Shown here one piece after another: positions 37,440-47,479 of a stretch of 64,000 nt of DNA. The stretch lies in contig CAMBMU010000001.1 of NCBI GenBank assembly GCA_945868725.1, positions 17,402-81,401 of the forward strand, in the 5' to 3' direction. Origin of the DNA: Spirosoma fluviale. Lineage in GTDB: Bacteria > Bacteroidota > Bacteroidia > Cytophagales > Cyclobacteriaceae. The number at the start of each line of letters is the position of its first letter. Positions within the stretch are counted from its first letter, which is position 1. The position numbers and the translations under genes were made by a program. Below the pieces are notes generated by a model. It made no database searches, was not told the origin of the DNA, and saw only the letters and a list, made by a program, of their open reading frames with translations.

Positions 37440-38801
37440 TTACTTGTCTTTCAAGGCATCGCAGCGGTCGTAGCTGGGGTCGATGTCAATGAAAATATCT
37501 TCTTTGGCAGTGACAAACCATTTGCTTAGTACCTCATCCTCTTTTCTTCGTAGGGAGGCTGCCTTCAATTTCTCATAGTCATCCTCAAGGTTTGCCTTAT
37601 GTGCAGGGTATCTCGCTTTGTAGAAGAGAATACGAACCTTGGTGCCTTCTCTAGGATCTTCAAAACGAATTGGAGGAGTGATGTCCCCAACCTTCATGGT
37701 ATCAATCGTAAAATAGAGCACAGGGTCTTCTAGGGTGCGTAACGATAGTCTATTGGAAGTAGTGGCTGGATCGGTGAAAAACCCTCCCGCGTCCGAGGTA
37801 GCTCTATCTTGAGAATATTCTTTAGCCGCTTTGGAAAAATCAATTTTACTGGCTAAAACTTCTTTTTTTAGGCTGTCTAAATAGCGTTCAGCCTTTACTA
37901 TATCCTCCTCGGAGGCTTTTGGAATTCGTAGAATGTGCCTCGTGTTGAAGGTTGAACCTTTATTCTCTAGGAGTTGGATCATGTGAAACCCAAATTGGGT
38001 TTCAATAGGGTCTGAGATCTCACCTAGTCGGAGTCCCAATGCGGTGGCCTCGTATTCAGGTGCTAGCTCACCTCTTCTAAAAAATCCTAGATCCCCTCCT
38101 TGTGCCCCTGATCCGGGATCTTCCGAATAGGCTTTGGCTAATTCCGCAAAAGTGGACTTCCCAGTTGATATTTCGTCCTTAAACTGTTTAAGCTGCGCGA
38201 TAATTTCTTCTCTAACCTTTGGATTGGTTTCTGGCTTTCTGACGATTTGGCCTACTGTGGCCTCAGAGGTAAATAGGGGCAGTGAATCTTTAGGAATGTT
38301 GAGGTAAAATGCACGCACCTCGGCCGGGGAAACGGTGATGCCATCCGTGATCGTTTTTCTCATTTTCCGCACGATAAGTTGTTCTCTCATCACTTCTTCC
38401 AACTCAGCCTTTAACTGTTCGGCGGTCTTCCCATACATTTCTGCAAGCATCGACTCATCTCCGCCGAATTGTTGCATGACCATAGTAAATCTGTTGTTGG
38501 CCTCTAGGAGCACCTCGGCATCGGTAACAATAACGGAGTCCACCACAGCTTTGGCTACCATAAGTTTATTGATCAGCAAACTTTCAAATACGGCACATCG
38601 GGTAGGCGTCTCAATTCCCTGCTGAGCTTGGGAGAGTGCTTCTAGGTAGGATTTTTGAATTTCTGACTCCAGAAGAATATTGTTGTCTACTTTCGCAACG
38701 ATTTTATCTACCACTTGTCCAGTGCCAGTTTCTTGGGCTTGAGCTTGTCCCAAGATCCAAAATGCAAGAAGGCTCGGAATAAGTCGGTTTAGCAATTTCA
38801 T
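37440..38801 (-). CDS. surA: SurA-like peptidyl-prolyl isomerase/chaperone
   Basis: VDKIVAKVDNNILLES N-terminus and rotamase motifs YSEDPGSGAQGGDLGF and ETQFGFHMIQL. Confidence 0.88.
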   Translation of the reverse strand: MKLLNRLIPSLLAFWILGQAQAQETGTGQVVDKIVAKVDNNILLESEIQKSYLEALSQAQQGIETPTRCAVFESLLINKLMVAKAVVDSVIVTDAEVLLEANNRFTMVMQQFGGDESMLAEMYGKTAEQLKAELEEVMREQLIVRKMRKTITDGITVSPAEVRAFYLNIPKDSLPLFTSEATVGQIVRKPETNPKVREEIIAQLKQFKDEISTGKSTFAELAKAYSEDPGSGAQGGDLGFFRRGELAPEYEATALGLRLGEISDPIETQFGFHMIQLLENKGSTFNTRHILRIPKASEEDIVKAERYLDSLKKEVLASKIDFSKAAKEYSQDRATSDAGGFFTDPATTSNRLSLRTLEDPVLYFTIDTMKVGDITPPIRFEDPREGTKVRILFYKARYPAHKANLEDDYEKLKAASLRRKEDEVLSKWFVTAKEDIFIDIDPSYDRCDALKDK

Positions 38802-38838
38802 AGGTTTTTTCTTTTTCGGGAGATCCGAATGGGAGGAA

Positions 38839-40827
38839 TTATTGATTCAAAGCGGCAAAGGTTTTTTCTTTAACCCCAGCATTAATTTGAATGGGATATT
38901 TTTCTTTTAATCTTTTGGTAAGCGCCTGATCGAGAAATGCTTGGTAATCTCGAATGATAAGACCACGGGCTTCTTCAAATTTCCTTGGCCCTGGTGGATA
39001 TACTTTTCCAACGACCAACACATAAGATGTTCCATCGATCACCAACTCCTGGTACGGCTTATTCAAATCTACTTTCGATAGGATGGGATGCGCTTCGTAT
39101 TCAAAAGTTCCAGACTCTGTAGCATAGGCATCGGGATAATTGCTCCGATAATCTGCTTCAAATGCAGCAAAACTGTCTGTATCAAATCCCTTATTTTGGA
39201 GGTATTTACGTGCATTTTCTAGTTTAGAAGCATCATTTACCTTTGTCAAGTAGGCCTGAACTCTACTTTTCCACTGGTAGTTTTGCATATTTTTTTCAAA
39301 GAACGCCTGCTGACCTACTGTGTCATTTAAACCTTTTTGCCATACTTCCTGGTTGGTCAATGAGAAGAGTAAAATACCATCTCGATATTCCTTCAGTAGC
39401 ATTTGGAATGCTTTGTTGTTTTTTTCCAAATCTTCTTCTTCCGTTTTTGCCAAGGTTGCCTCTGTGAATTTATCCAGCCAGAGTTCAAAGAAAGTCCCAA
39501 TACCTTTTGGAGTCATCTCTTTGGTTTGCATAAAATTCACCAAATCCCCCGCGGTGTAGGATGTGGTATTCGCCTTAAATAGCTCAGTGTTTCCAAGTTT
39601 TTTTTCTTGAACGGCAGTGCCAAAGCTTAGTATGTCTGTTGCATTCACTGCGCTAGCCACTGTTGAAATCCCTACTTCATTTTCTTGAAAGCCATAACGT
39701 GATTTTTGAATTGCAATCACTTGGGATTGAATCATTCCGGTTTTGGAATTGCGTAAAATTTTTGATCGGATGCTTTGTTCCACTTCCTCGTAGGGCTCCA
39801 GCCCTCTTTTTCCTTCAAGGCGCAGAATATGGTACCCATATGCCGTTTTGATTGGGGGAGAAACCTCCCCAATCTCTGTCAAGGAGAAGCCTGCCATTTC
39901 AAATTCAGGAATCATTGTGCCCACAGTAAACCAAGGCAACAGTCCTCCTGCTGACTTTGTGCCAGGATCTTCGGAATAAGTTTGTACTATTTCTTCCCAA
40001 ATCGTGCTCTCCTTTTGAATTTCTGCATAGATATCAGAAATTTTTCTTCGCGCATTTTCTTCCTGGCTTGGATTTTCTGAATCAAACCGAACCAAAATAT
40101 GAGATATTTGAACTTCACCTGGGTTGGCTTGACGGCTATTTACTTGAATGATATGATAGCCAAAGTCTGTCAAAATAGGGTCTGAGATACTGCCAACAGG
40201 AAGTGTATAGGCAACTTCTTCAAATTGCTGAACCATTTGAAGTCCAGTAAAATAACCTAAATCACCTTTGTTCACTTTGGCGGAAGGATCATCCGAATAG
40301 CTAGATGCCAATGCACTAAAGTCACCTCCATTTTCAAGTTCAGTCTTTACTTTCAAGGCCAATTGGAGTACTGCAATGCTGTCTTCTTTTTTAGGATTTG
40401 TAGGGAATTGAAACAAAATGTGTTTTGCCCTGACAATTTCTTGGAGGCGTGCATACACTTTTTTTACTTCCCCTTCTTCGATTGAATTTTTGATTAAATA
40501 GGGAGCAATTAACGACTCCTTGATGGAGGAAAATTCAAGATTAAACTCCTCCAACTGGTCTAGCTTAATGGACTCAGCCTCGATGACTTTTAGCTTGTAG
40601 ATCAAAAATGATTCAAAATTCTCTTCAAACTCTTTTCTTGTCAATGAATTGGCTGGACTCTCGCTCTCCCTTTCTTTAGACATTAATTGCAAAAATTCTT
40701 CTTTGTCAATTGAAATAGGACCTACGACTACCAAAACGTCCTTCTTTTCTTGGGCCACAGCCAAGAAAGGAGTAGTGCTTATTGACAGTATAAGTGCTAG
40801 GAATGCCGGGATGGCTCTTTTATTCAT
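38839..40827 (-). CDS. Peptidyl-prolyl cis-trans isomerase with two parvulin/rotamase domains
   Basis: RAKHIL, YSDDPSAKVNKGDLGYF, FGYHII, ISHIL and YGYHILRL motifs. ATG at 40827. Confidence 0.9.
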   Translation of the reverse strand: MNKRAIPAFLALILSISTTPFLAVAQEKKDVLVVVGPISIDKEEFLQLMSKERESESPANSLTRKEFEENFESFLIYKLKVIEAESIKLDQLEEFNLEFSSIKESLIAPYLIKNSIEEGEVKKVYARLQEIVRAKHILFQFPTNPKKEDSIAVLQLALKVKTELENGGDFSALASSYSDDPSAKVNKGDLGYFTGLQMVQQFEEVAYTLPVGSISDPILTDFGYHIIQVNSRQANPGEVQISHILVRFDSENPSQEENARRKISDIYAEIQKESTIWEEIVQTYSEDPGTKSAGGLLPWFTVGTMIPEFEMAGFSLTEIGEVSPPIKTAYGYHILRLEGKRGLEPYEEVEQSIRSKILRNSKTGMIQSQVIAIQKSRYGFQENEVGISTVASAVNATDILSFGTAVQEKKLGNTELFKANTTSYTAGDLVNFMQTKEMTPKGIGTFFELWLDKFTEATLAKTEEEDLEKNNKAFQMLLKEYRDGILLFSLTNQEVWQKGLNDTVGQQAFFEKNMQNYQWKSRVQAYLTKVNDASKLENARKYLQNKGFDTDSFAAFEADYRSNYPDAYATESGTFEYEAHPILSKVDLNKPYQELVIDGTSYVLVVGKVYPPGPRKFEEARGLIIRDYQAFLDQALTKRLKEKYPIQINAGVKEKTFAALNQ

Positions 40828-40901
40828 CGAAAGGAAGACCAAAGTAAAGTTCAAAGATATAAAAATTATAAAGATAAAATGCTGGGAATCATTCCACCTG
40901 C

Positions 40902-41327
40902 TTAGGGTTCAAATGCGGAAGGAAATTTTTTAATTAGCCTACAGGTATTTTTTCCGTTTTTGGATTCAAATTCAATTTCATCCATGATTTTTTTCACTAA
41001 TAATATCCCAATTCCACCTTTTCGTTTCTCTTCAATTACTTTTTTGAGGTCTGGGACTTCGTATTCCAACAAATTGAAAGCGTCCCCTTTGTCTGTAATC
41101 TCAATGGTTAATTTCTTTTTCAATTCTTTCACTTCCAAGTAAATCAGCTCTTTGGGGTTGCAGGCATGGGAGTGGATAATCAGGTTGGCACAAACCTCTT
41201 CCACGGCCAAAATTAGTTGGTGTCTGTCCACTTCCGAAAACCCATAGGCTTTTAAGCTAAGTTGTAAAAAACTCCGCAACTCCACCAAAGCAGCTGTACA
41301 ACAGGATAACTTTAATTTATGGCTCAT
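40902..41327 (-). CDS. Anti-sigma factor / RsbW-like serine kinase (HATPase_c)
   Basis: LAVEEVCANLIIH, ITDKG and KRKGGIGILLVKKIMD motifs. Confidence 0.9.
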   Translation of the reverse strand: MSHKLKLSCCTAALVELRSFLQLSLKAYGFSEVDRHQLILAVEEVCANLIIHSHACNPKELIYLEVKELKKKLTIEITDKGDAFNLLEYEVPDLKKVIEEKRKGGIGILLVKKIMDEIEFESKNGKNTCRLIKKFPSAFEP

Positions 41328-41661
41328 TCCCAAGGGTAATTGCAGTGGATTTGTCTGGGACTATCTGGATCAAGCGATCAAGACCAAGAATTTTAAAAAC
41401 TTCACTCACTTGTTCATTCAGACCAAAAATTGCAAATCCAATTCCTTGTTCTGAAAAATCATCTAAATAGGACATGAAAACACCTAAGCCTGCAGAAGAA
41501 ATATAGCCCAATTGACTCCCATCAATCAAAAGAAAAGTAGCGCCTTGTTGTAAGATTTCCTGCATGGATTGGTCCAATAAAACAGAATTGCTCGCGTCCA
41601 CCTCTCCGATCAAGCGTAAAATATCTTTATTTCCTTCTTTTATTCTTTCAAGTTGCAGCAT
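41317..41661 (-). CDS. STAS-domain anti-sigma factor antagonist (RsbV/SpoIIAA-like)
   Basis: GEVDASNS, YISSAGLG phosphoacceptor motif and VFKILGLD. Confidence 0.92.
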   Translation of the reverse strand: MLQLERIKEGNKDILRLIGEVDASNSVLLDQSMQEILQQGATFLLIDGSQLGYISSAGLGVFMSYLDDFSEQGIGFAIFGLNEQVSEVFKILGLDRLIQIVPDKSTAITLGNEP

Positions 41662-41681
41662 GCTTAGCTAGTTTAATCAGT

Positions 41682-43736
41682 TTACTTGAATTTGACTACC
41701 AACAAGGAATAATCATCGTCAATCATTCCATCTCCACCAACAAATTGATGGAGTGAATCAATGATTTCCTGCTGTAGTTGAATTGGTGATGTTTGATGAT
41801 GCTCTTCTACTATTTTTTTGATTCGGTCATAGCCAAACTGTTCTCCTGTCTCTTTTCTACCTTCTAGGATCCCATCTGTAAGGAGCACTAAAATATCTCC
41901 CGAACTGTATTCAAATGTTTTTTCCTGTACGTGGTTTTTGTAGGTTGGGTTTCTTAAAATCCCCAAACCAAGGCCTTCTATTGAAATAAATTCAGCAGCT
42001 TTCTCGGTGGCCTTGTACCACAAGGTAGGAATGTGCCCTGCTCGCGCGTGGCAAAACCTTTGGTTTACAATATCAATTTCAAAAATAGATGCAGTAATAA
42101 AGTGATTTCTCTCCAAGCATTTACTCAGGGCAGCATTTGCTTTATTCATAAACTCAGCAGGATGAATTCCAAGTTGAATTAAGCTTTGGAATACCCCTTT
42201 CATTTGTGCCATATGAAAAGCAGCTGAGGTTCCTTTTCCAGATACATCTCCCATGATGAGTACAAAATGAGTTTCATCCACTTGGTAGGTGTCGTAATAA
42301 TCCCCCCCAACTTCATCTGCTGTGTTGGAATAGGCACAGATATCGAAGGAGGCCGGATGGTCAAGTTTTAGCGGTAAAAGTGCCTTTTGAACCCGCTGTG
42401 CAATTTTCAGTTCCTCTTGGTACCGTTCATTTTCTATGGCTTGGTTGAGTAATCGGTGGTTTTCAACCGAAATACAGGCCTGTCTCGCAAAGGTGCCAAT
42501 GATGCTGATCATTTCCTTATTGAACCCTTCCTTCACCTCCTTGATTAGGACAATCCGTGCAAGGATAGATTTATTGACTAGTAAATAGACCAATAAAGCA
42601 GACCTATAGTTGGGATGGGTAATCCGGATGGCCTGAGGTGGTTGTGCTTCTGACAAACTTGCGGGCACCCAAGTTTGCGTTTCTTGAGGGAGGAGGGAGA
42701 GGACTGCTGTTTTGGTAGATTCATCCAAAAATCGAAGCGGGTTTTTAACTTGAAAGGGCTCTTTGGGGTTAAGTTCAATCCATGCGGCATCGGAAAACGA
42801 GGCGCTTATGCAGGAGTCAAGCAAGATATCAAGTACTTGTTCTTCGCTTTCTTCGGGCTGTATGGACTGACTTAACTTTTGAAAATTTATTGCCTCTGTT
42901 AGTTTTTGTTCAAAAACAGAAGAGGTAGGCAAGTTGAATAAGGTGACCAAAAAACTAAATAAACCGTAGGCGAATACAAAGCCAAACAAGGCCATGAGGA
43001 ATAGGTTGTCTGTCAGGTTAATCTGCAAATCCCCTTCATTTCCAGAGTCGAGCACTCGATAAAATAAGACTCCAGCACAGCCCATGATTAGAAAGAGAAA
43101 CAATAATGTTTTCCATTTCTCTTTAAAATTTAGGTAGGGAATCCATTTCAGGTTGACCGCAAGTAGGATGGAAATGATCAAGAGAATGGTGAGTCCAAAC
43201 AGGAAGCTGTAGTCGAAATTGTTGTGGTTGAAGAATACAAAAAATAAGGCTCCCAAAATGGAAAGCTCAAATACTTGCCATTGGTTGACTACCTGCTTAT
43301 TTTTTTGATAGAGGATTAAATGCTTCCATAGTAAAGTTGTGAAAATTAAAAAAGCACTTGTCAGGGCAAAATTAATGTGGTAGAAAACATTCCGTAAGAA
43401 GGGATCTGTTCCAATTTTACTCTCCCCAAGAGCCAGGTAAACTAATTCGGTAAGAAGTCCCGCAGAAGCCGCAAAAAGACCGGTGGAGACTCCTCTCCAG
43501 ATTAGGGTTAAAAAGTCCGATTGCCTGTTTTTCCAAAAAATGCGGCGATATACGAGGTAAACGAAAATGAAAAAAAGAATTTCTAAAATCCAGGTAACTT
43601 CTTTGGTGATGCCTGAGTCTAGGTTGTTGATCATCCCAAAAATCCGAACCAAGTCCACCAACAGCAAGGCTAGCCAAACTAAAATGGCTAAAAAAAGGCT
43701 AATTCTGCCAAGAGGAAGTGAGCTGTTTTTGATCAT
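41682..43736 (-). CDS. Membrane-anchored SpoIIE/RsbU-type PP2C phosphatase with GAF-like domain
   Basis: About 8 N-terminal TM helices, a GAF-like linker, and ELKIAQRVQ, VGGDYYD, GDVSGKG, RAGH, TDGILE and DDYS motifs. Confidence 0.9.
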   Translation of the reverse strand: MIKNSSLPLGRISLFLAILVWLALLLVDLVRIFGMINNLDSGITKEVTWILEILFFIFVYLVYRRIFWKNRQSDFLTLIWRGVSTGLFAASAGLLTELVYLALGESKIGTDPFLRNVFYHINFALTSAFLIFTTLLWKHLILYQKNKQVVNQWQVFELSILGALFFVFFNHNNFDYSFLFGLTILLIISILLAVNLKWIPYLNFKEKWKTLLFLFLIMGCAGVLFYRVLDSGNEGDLQINLTDNLFLMALFGFVFAYGLFSFLVTLFNLPTSSVFEQKLTEAINFQKLSQSIQPEESEEQVLDILLDSCISASFSDAAWIELNPKEPFQVKNPLRFLDESTKTAVLSLLPQETQTWVPASLSEAQPPQAIRITHPNYRSALLVYLLVNKSILARIVLIKEVKEGFNKEMISIIGTFARQACISVENHRLLNQAIENERYQEELKIAQRVQKALLPLKLDHPASFDICAYSNTADEVGGDYYDTYQVDETHFVLIMGDVSGKGTSAAFHMAQMKGVFQSLIQLGIHPAEFMNKANAALSKCLERNHFITASIFEIDIVNQRFCHARAGHIPTLWYKATEKAAEFISIEGLGLGILRNPTYKNHVQEKTFEYSSGDILVLLTDGILEGRKETGEQFGYDRIKKIVEEHHQTSPIQLQQEIIDSLHQFVGGDGMIDDDYSLLVVKFK

Positions 43737-43829
43737 GGATTTACCTTCCAAAAATAGGGAATGTCAACCAATGCAAAGGTATTTAAAGGGACTCGAAATG
43801 AGGGAGAACTGTTAAATCTTACAAAATTT

Positions 43830-44129
43830 TTACAAGAAGATGACATCATCTACGATTCCCTTTCCGATCTGGGATTCGATTAAGGCGATCACTTTTGATT
43901 TATTGAGTTGAAGCTCCTTTTTTACTGGCCCTGAAGTGATTTTAACCATTAACTTTTTGTCCTTGATGTACACATTGCTCGTGCGGTCGGCAATAGTTTT
44001 GCCAACTAAGCTGGGCCAGGACGATATCAGCAATTTCTCTTGGTAGGTATCTTCCAGACGATAGGCTTTCAGCAAGTCTTGGAAGGCGTCTGCCAAGGAT
44101 GTAGCATCTTTTTTTCTAGGAGAGGTCAT
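43830..44129 (-). CDS. DUF721 / DciA family protein
   Basis: SWPSLVGKTIADRT..YIKDKKL.VKITSGPVKKEL pattern. Confidence 0.85.
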   Translation of the reverse strand: MTSPRKKDATSLADAFQDLLKAYRLEDTYQEKLLISSWPSLVGKTIADRTSNVYIKDKKLMVKITSGPVKKELQLNKSKVIALIESQIGKGIVDDVIFL

Positions 44130-45255
44130 CGGAATCTATAAAAATATCGGAGGCAATGCTGTCTGCCAGCAGCTGACCTTTTCGAGTTAAAGTTAGCGTT
44201 TTTGCCTCGGTATGAATCATTCCTAGTTCGGTTAATTTCGTGATCGAACCTTTTTTAATCTCCAAAAGATCCAGGTGATACCGTTCCGCCAAACTTCCAG
44301 TATCTAATCCCCAGCGAGTTCGAAGGCCAGTAAGAATTTCTTCATTGATGCATTCTTCGGGAGTCAGCTTCTCGACTACAAAAGGGAGTGATCCAGCGGA
44401 TAGCGCTTTGGTATAGCTCGTGTTGGAAGAGGGATTAAAGCCTCTTGAACTTCCATCAAAGGAATGGGCACTGGGGCCGATGCCGAGATAGGGGCTTCGT
44501 TTCCAGTAGTTGCTGTTGTGAACTGCGGCTTGATTTGGGCGACTAAAATTGGATATTTCATATTGGATGTAGCCTGCCTTGTCGCATCGCTCTTGCAGGT
44601 ATTCAAATTGTTGGGCTACAAATTCATCTTCTGCGGGGCAGAATTTTCCTTTTTTGGTCCAATTGCCAAAAGTAGTTTTGGGTTCAATGGTCAATGAATA
44701 GGCAGAAAGGTGGCCTGGGTCAAGGCAAAGTGCCTCCTCCAAGTCCAATTGCCAAAGCCGATGGTCGGAATGGGGATACCCGTAAATCAAATCAATCGAA
44801 AATTTTTCAAATCCAGCAGCCCTTGCAAGTTGAATGGCTTGCGTTGCCTCCTTCGAATTATGGGCTCGGTTGTAGGCTTTTAGGATTTGATCTTGAAAAC
44901 TTTGAATACCCAAACTTAGTCGGTCTATGCCGAGGGATTTCCAGGTAGCCAAGGCTTGGGAATTTAGGTCATCTGGGTTGGCTTCTAAAGTAACTTCTTG
45001 CTTTCTTCCAGGAAAAAGGGCTGAAATCTGATCTAGTATTTTTTCCAAGTATTCTGCAGGTACAAGAGAAGGAGTCCCTCCTCCAAAGTAGATGGTATCC
45101 ACCGCTTCCCCTTTCAAATACTCTTTTCGAAGTTTCAACTCCTCGATGATTGAATCCATCATCACTGCCATCAGTTGAAGATTGGTGGAAAAATGAAAGT
45201 CGCAATAATGGCAGGCTTGCTTGCAAAAGGGAATATGGATGTAGAGGCCTGCCAT
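44116..45255 (-). CDS. hemW: Radical SAM heme chaperone HemW
   Basis: GLYIHIPFCKQACHYCDF, TIYFGGGTPS, YEISNF, HNSNYW and YLGIGPSAHS motifs. Confidence 0.93.
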   Translation of the reverse strand: MAGLYIHIPFCKQACHYCDFHFSTNLQLMAVMMDSIIEELKLRKEYLKGEAVDTIYFGGGTPSLVPAEYLEKILDQISALFPGRKQEVTLEANPDDLNSQALATWKSLGIDRLSLGIQSFQDQILKAYNRAHNSKEATQAIQLARAAGFEKFSIDLIYGYPHSDHRLWQLDLEEALCLDPGHLSAYSLTIEPKTTFGNWTKKGKFCPAEDEFVAQQFEYLQERCDKAGYIQYEISNFSRPNQAAVHNSNYWKRSPYLGIGPSAHSFDGSSRGFNPSSNTSYTKALSAGSLPFVVEKLTPEECINEEILTGLRTRWGLDTGSLAERYHLDLLEIKKGSITKLTELGMIHTEAKTLTLTRKGQLLADSIASDIFIDSDDLS

Positions 45256-45466
45256 AAAAGTTGAATATGGGGTAAATATAACGGATGTTCACCTTACCGT
45301 GAATCAAATTTGTTTTGTGAAAGAGAGTTTGTTTTTTTGATTGGAATTCATTTGGAGGCTGTCTCAGGAATGTTGAGTTTTGTAATTAGAAACCAAAAAT
45401 TTAGTTGAGAAGCATATTTTCTGGAGTAAACATCTGACAATTTTTGAGTACCCATGAGTTGACAAG

Positions 45467-45474
45467 TACCTTTG
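45467..45474 (+). promoter_or_regulatory. Putative -7 promoter element for DUF4271-hemD
   Basis: TACCTTTG 12 nt upstream of the ATG at 45487. Confidence 0.5.
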
Positions 45475-45486
45475 CCAAAAGGCTCA

Positions 45487-46602
45487 ATGCGTAGAATAGA
45501 ACTTATTTTAATTCTTCTTTTTGTTGCCCATTGGGGAAATGCTCAGGTATTGGAAAACTACGATGGGAAGTGGAGCAATTCTACTGAACAGTCTTTAATT
45601 GGATCAATAGGGCAAAAGCAGGTTAATCTAGCCGTTAACACATTTCCCCAGTCGTATTTTCAATTTAAAGTGCCGGGCAATTCAACCCTATTTGTAGATG
45701 GGAAGCTCTGGGATTTAATTCAAAATGATACCACTTTTTTCATAGCCACCGCTGATTTAAAGAAAGAATTTGGAAAGGACAGCCTCCTATTGACTGTTAT
45801 CAGCGACAAATTTAGGCTTAGAAATTTTGATTTGGAGATAACCAAGGTAGCTAGAAACCAAGTAGCCGAGAAGCAAGTAAGTTTTGGAGCGAAATTGATG
45901 GCTTTTGAAAAACGCCAAATAGTCCAACCGGTGAAGGATTTTATTGCGGTCTCGCTACTTATTATTTTGATTTTAATAGGTATTTACAGGCGGATTTATC
46001 CCTATTTATTGGGGGTTTTGCTGCAGCCTTTGTCAGTAATCAAAGCCGAAGATTTTTCAGAAAGTGGGGGACTTCAAAAAGTATTTTCTTTCGACATTAT
46101 TTATTTTTTGTTTTTGTTAGCGATGATTATCGCTCATAGCTTGGTGATGGGTGTCGTTATTTTTAGGCCTGATTGGATTGAGGATTGGGGTGGATTAACT
46201 TCCCTTTCACTTTTAAATTTGTGGATAATTACATCCTTTCTATTATTGGCAGTGACTATCCTGAAGTTTTCCGCAATTAAACTGATAGTTTACCTCTTTG
46301 AATTGGGCAAGTCTGAGTTTGCTCATTTCTTTTATTTGCTCCGATTAATCAGTTTTGGCTTTGCGCTTGTTTTGTTGGCAACCACTTTTTTTGTTATAAA
46401 TGACATTTCTGAACTAGAAATGGTCTTTACTCAACTCATTAAGGCGGTTTTTTGGACCTACTTGATTGGTGTTTTTGGACTCTTTTTAATTATGATGAAT
46501 CGTCTGAATTTTAAGAAATACCATTTATTTACTTACCTTTGTTTTACTGAAATAATACCATTTTTGGTTTTGACCAAATGGGTTTTGGAATTTATTAAGT
46601 GA
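45487..46602 (+). CDS. DUF4271 domain membrane protein
   Basis: Signal peptide, periplasmic domain, multi-TM C-terminus ending HLFTYLCFTEIIP; directly upstream of the hemD-like gene. Confidence 0.8.
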   Translation: MRRIELILILLFVAHWGNAQVLENYDGKWSNSTEQSLIGSIGQKQVNLAVNTFPQSYFQFKVPGNSTLFVDGKLWDLIQNDTTFFIATADLKKEFGKDSLLLTVISDKFRLRNFDLEITKVARNQVAEKQVSFGAKLMAFEKRQIVQPVKDFIAVSLLIILILIGIYRRIYPYLLGVLLQPLSVIKAEDFSESGGLQKVFSFDIIYFLFLLAMIIAHSLVMGVVIFRPDWIEDWGGLTSLSLLNLWIITSFLLLAVTILKFSAIKLIVYLFELGKSEFAHFFYLLRLISFGFALVLLATTFFVINDISELEMVFTQLIKAVFWTYLIGVFGLFLIMMNRLNFKKYHLFTYLCFTEIIPFLVLTKWVLEFIK

Positions 46603-46630
46603 TGTGTTGAACGTAAAAGGAACTCCCAGC

Positions 46631-47404
46631 ATGAGTGCAGCTCCAAAAGATCGCTATACCCCAGTAAAAAGCATACTGGTTTCTCAACCTAAGCCTACCG
46701 AAGCAAACTCCCCTTATCTACTGCTTGCAGAAAAGTATAAGTTGAAGATAGATTTCAGGCAATTTATTAAGGTAGAACCTGTTCCACCCAAGGAATTTAG
46801 AAAGCAAAAAATAGATATTTTGAAGCACACGGCTATCATATTCACTAGCCGAAATGCGATTGATCATTTTTTTGCAATTTGTAAGGAGTTCAAAATTGAA
46901 ATGGTTGCTGAAATGAAATATTTCTGCATTTCAGACCAAACCGCTCATTACCTTCAAAAATACATTGTGATTCGTAAGCGAAAGCTTTTTGTAGGTCTTA
47001 AGGTCGCAGAAGATCTGTTTGACTATTTTAAGAAACACAAAAACGAAAAATATCTCTTTCCTTGTTCGGATATTCGGAAAGATGATATTCCTGCGTACAT
47101 GCAAAAGCAAGGAATAGCATTTACAGAGGCAATTATTTACCATACCGTAGCGGCTGACTTATCTGATTTGGCTGATGTTAAATATGATATTTTGGCCTTC
47201 TTCAGTCCATCTGGAATCAAATCCCTAAAACAAAATTTTCCAGATTTTGTACAAGGAAAAACGCGTATTGCGGCTTTTGGACCTACCACCGCCAAAGCAG
47301 TTCGTGACATGGAACTTATTTTGGACATAGAGGCGCCAATGCCGAATGCACCGAGTATGACTGGCGCATTAGAGTTATTTATAAAAAAAGCCAATAATTT
47401 GTAA
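46631..47404 (+). CDS. hemD: Uroporphyrinogen-III synthase (Bacteroidetes HemD-like)
   Basis: VKSILVSQPKP, IIFTSRNAIDHFF, FFSPSGIKSL and IAAFGPTT motifs. Confidence 0.85.
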   Translation: MSAAPKDRYTPVKSILVSQPKPTEANSPYLLLAEKYKLKIDFRQFIKVEPVPPKEFRKQKIDILKHTAIIFTSRNAIDHFFAICKEFKIEMVAEMKYFCISDQTAHYLQKYIVIRKRKLFVGLKVAEDLFDYFKKHKNEKYLFPCSDIRKDDIPAYMQKQGIAFTEAIIYHTVAADLSDLADVKYDILAFFSPSGIKSLKQNFPDFVQGKTRIAAFGPTTAKAVRDMELILDIEAPMPNAPSMTGALELFIKKANNL

Positions 47405-47479
47405 TTCTAAGAATCATTTTCAGTGGTTTATAAGTTTAAATTCCTAGACTAGTTTAAATTTGATAATTCCACAGCCAAA

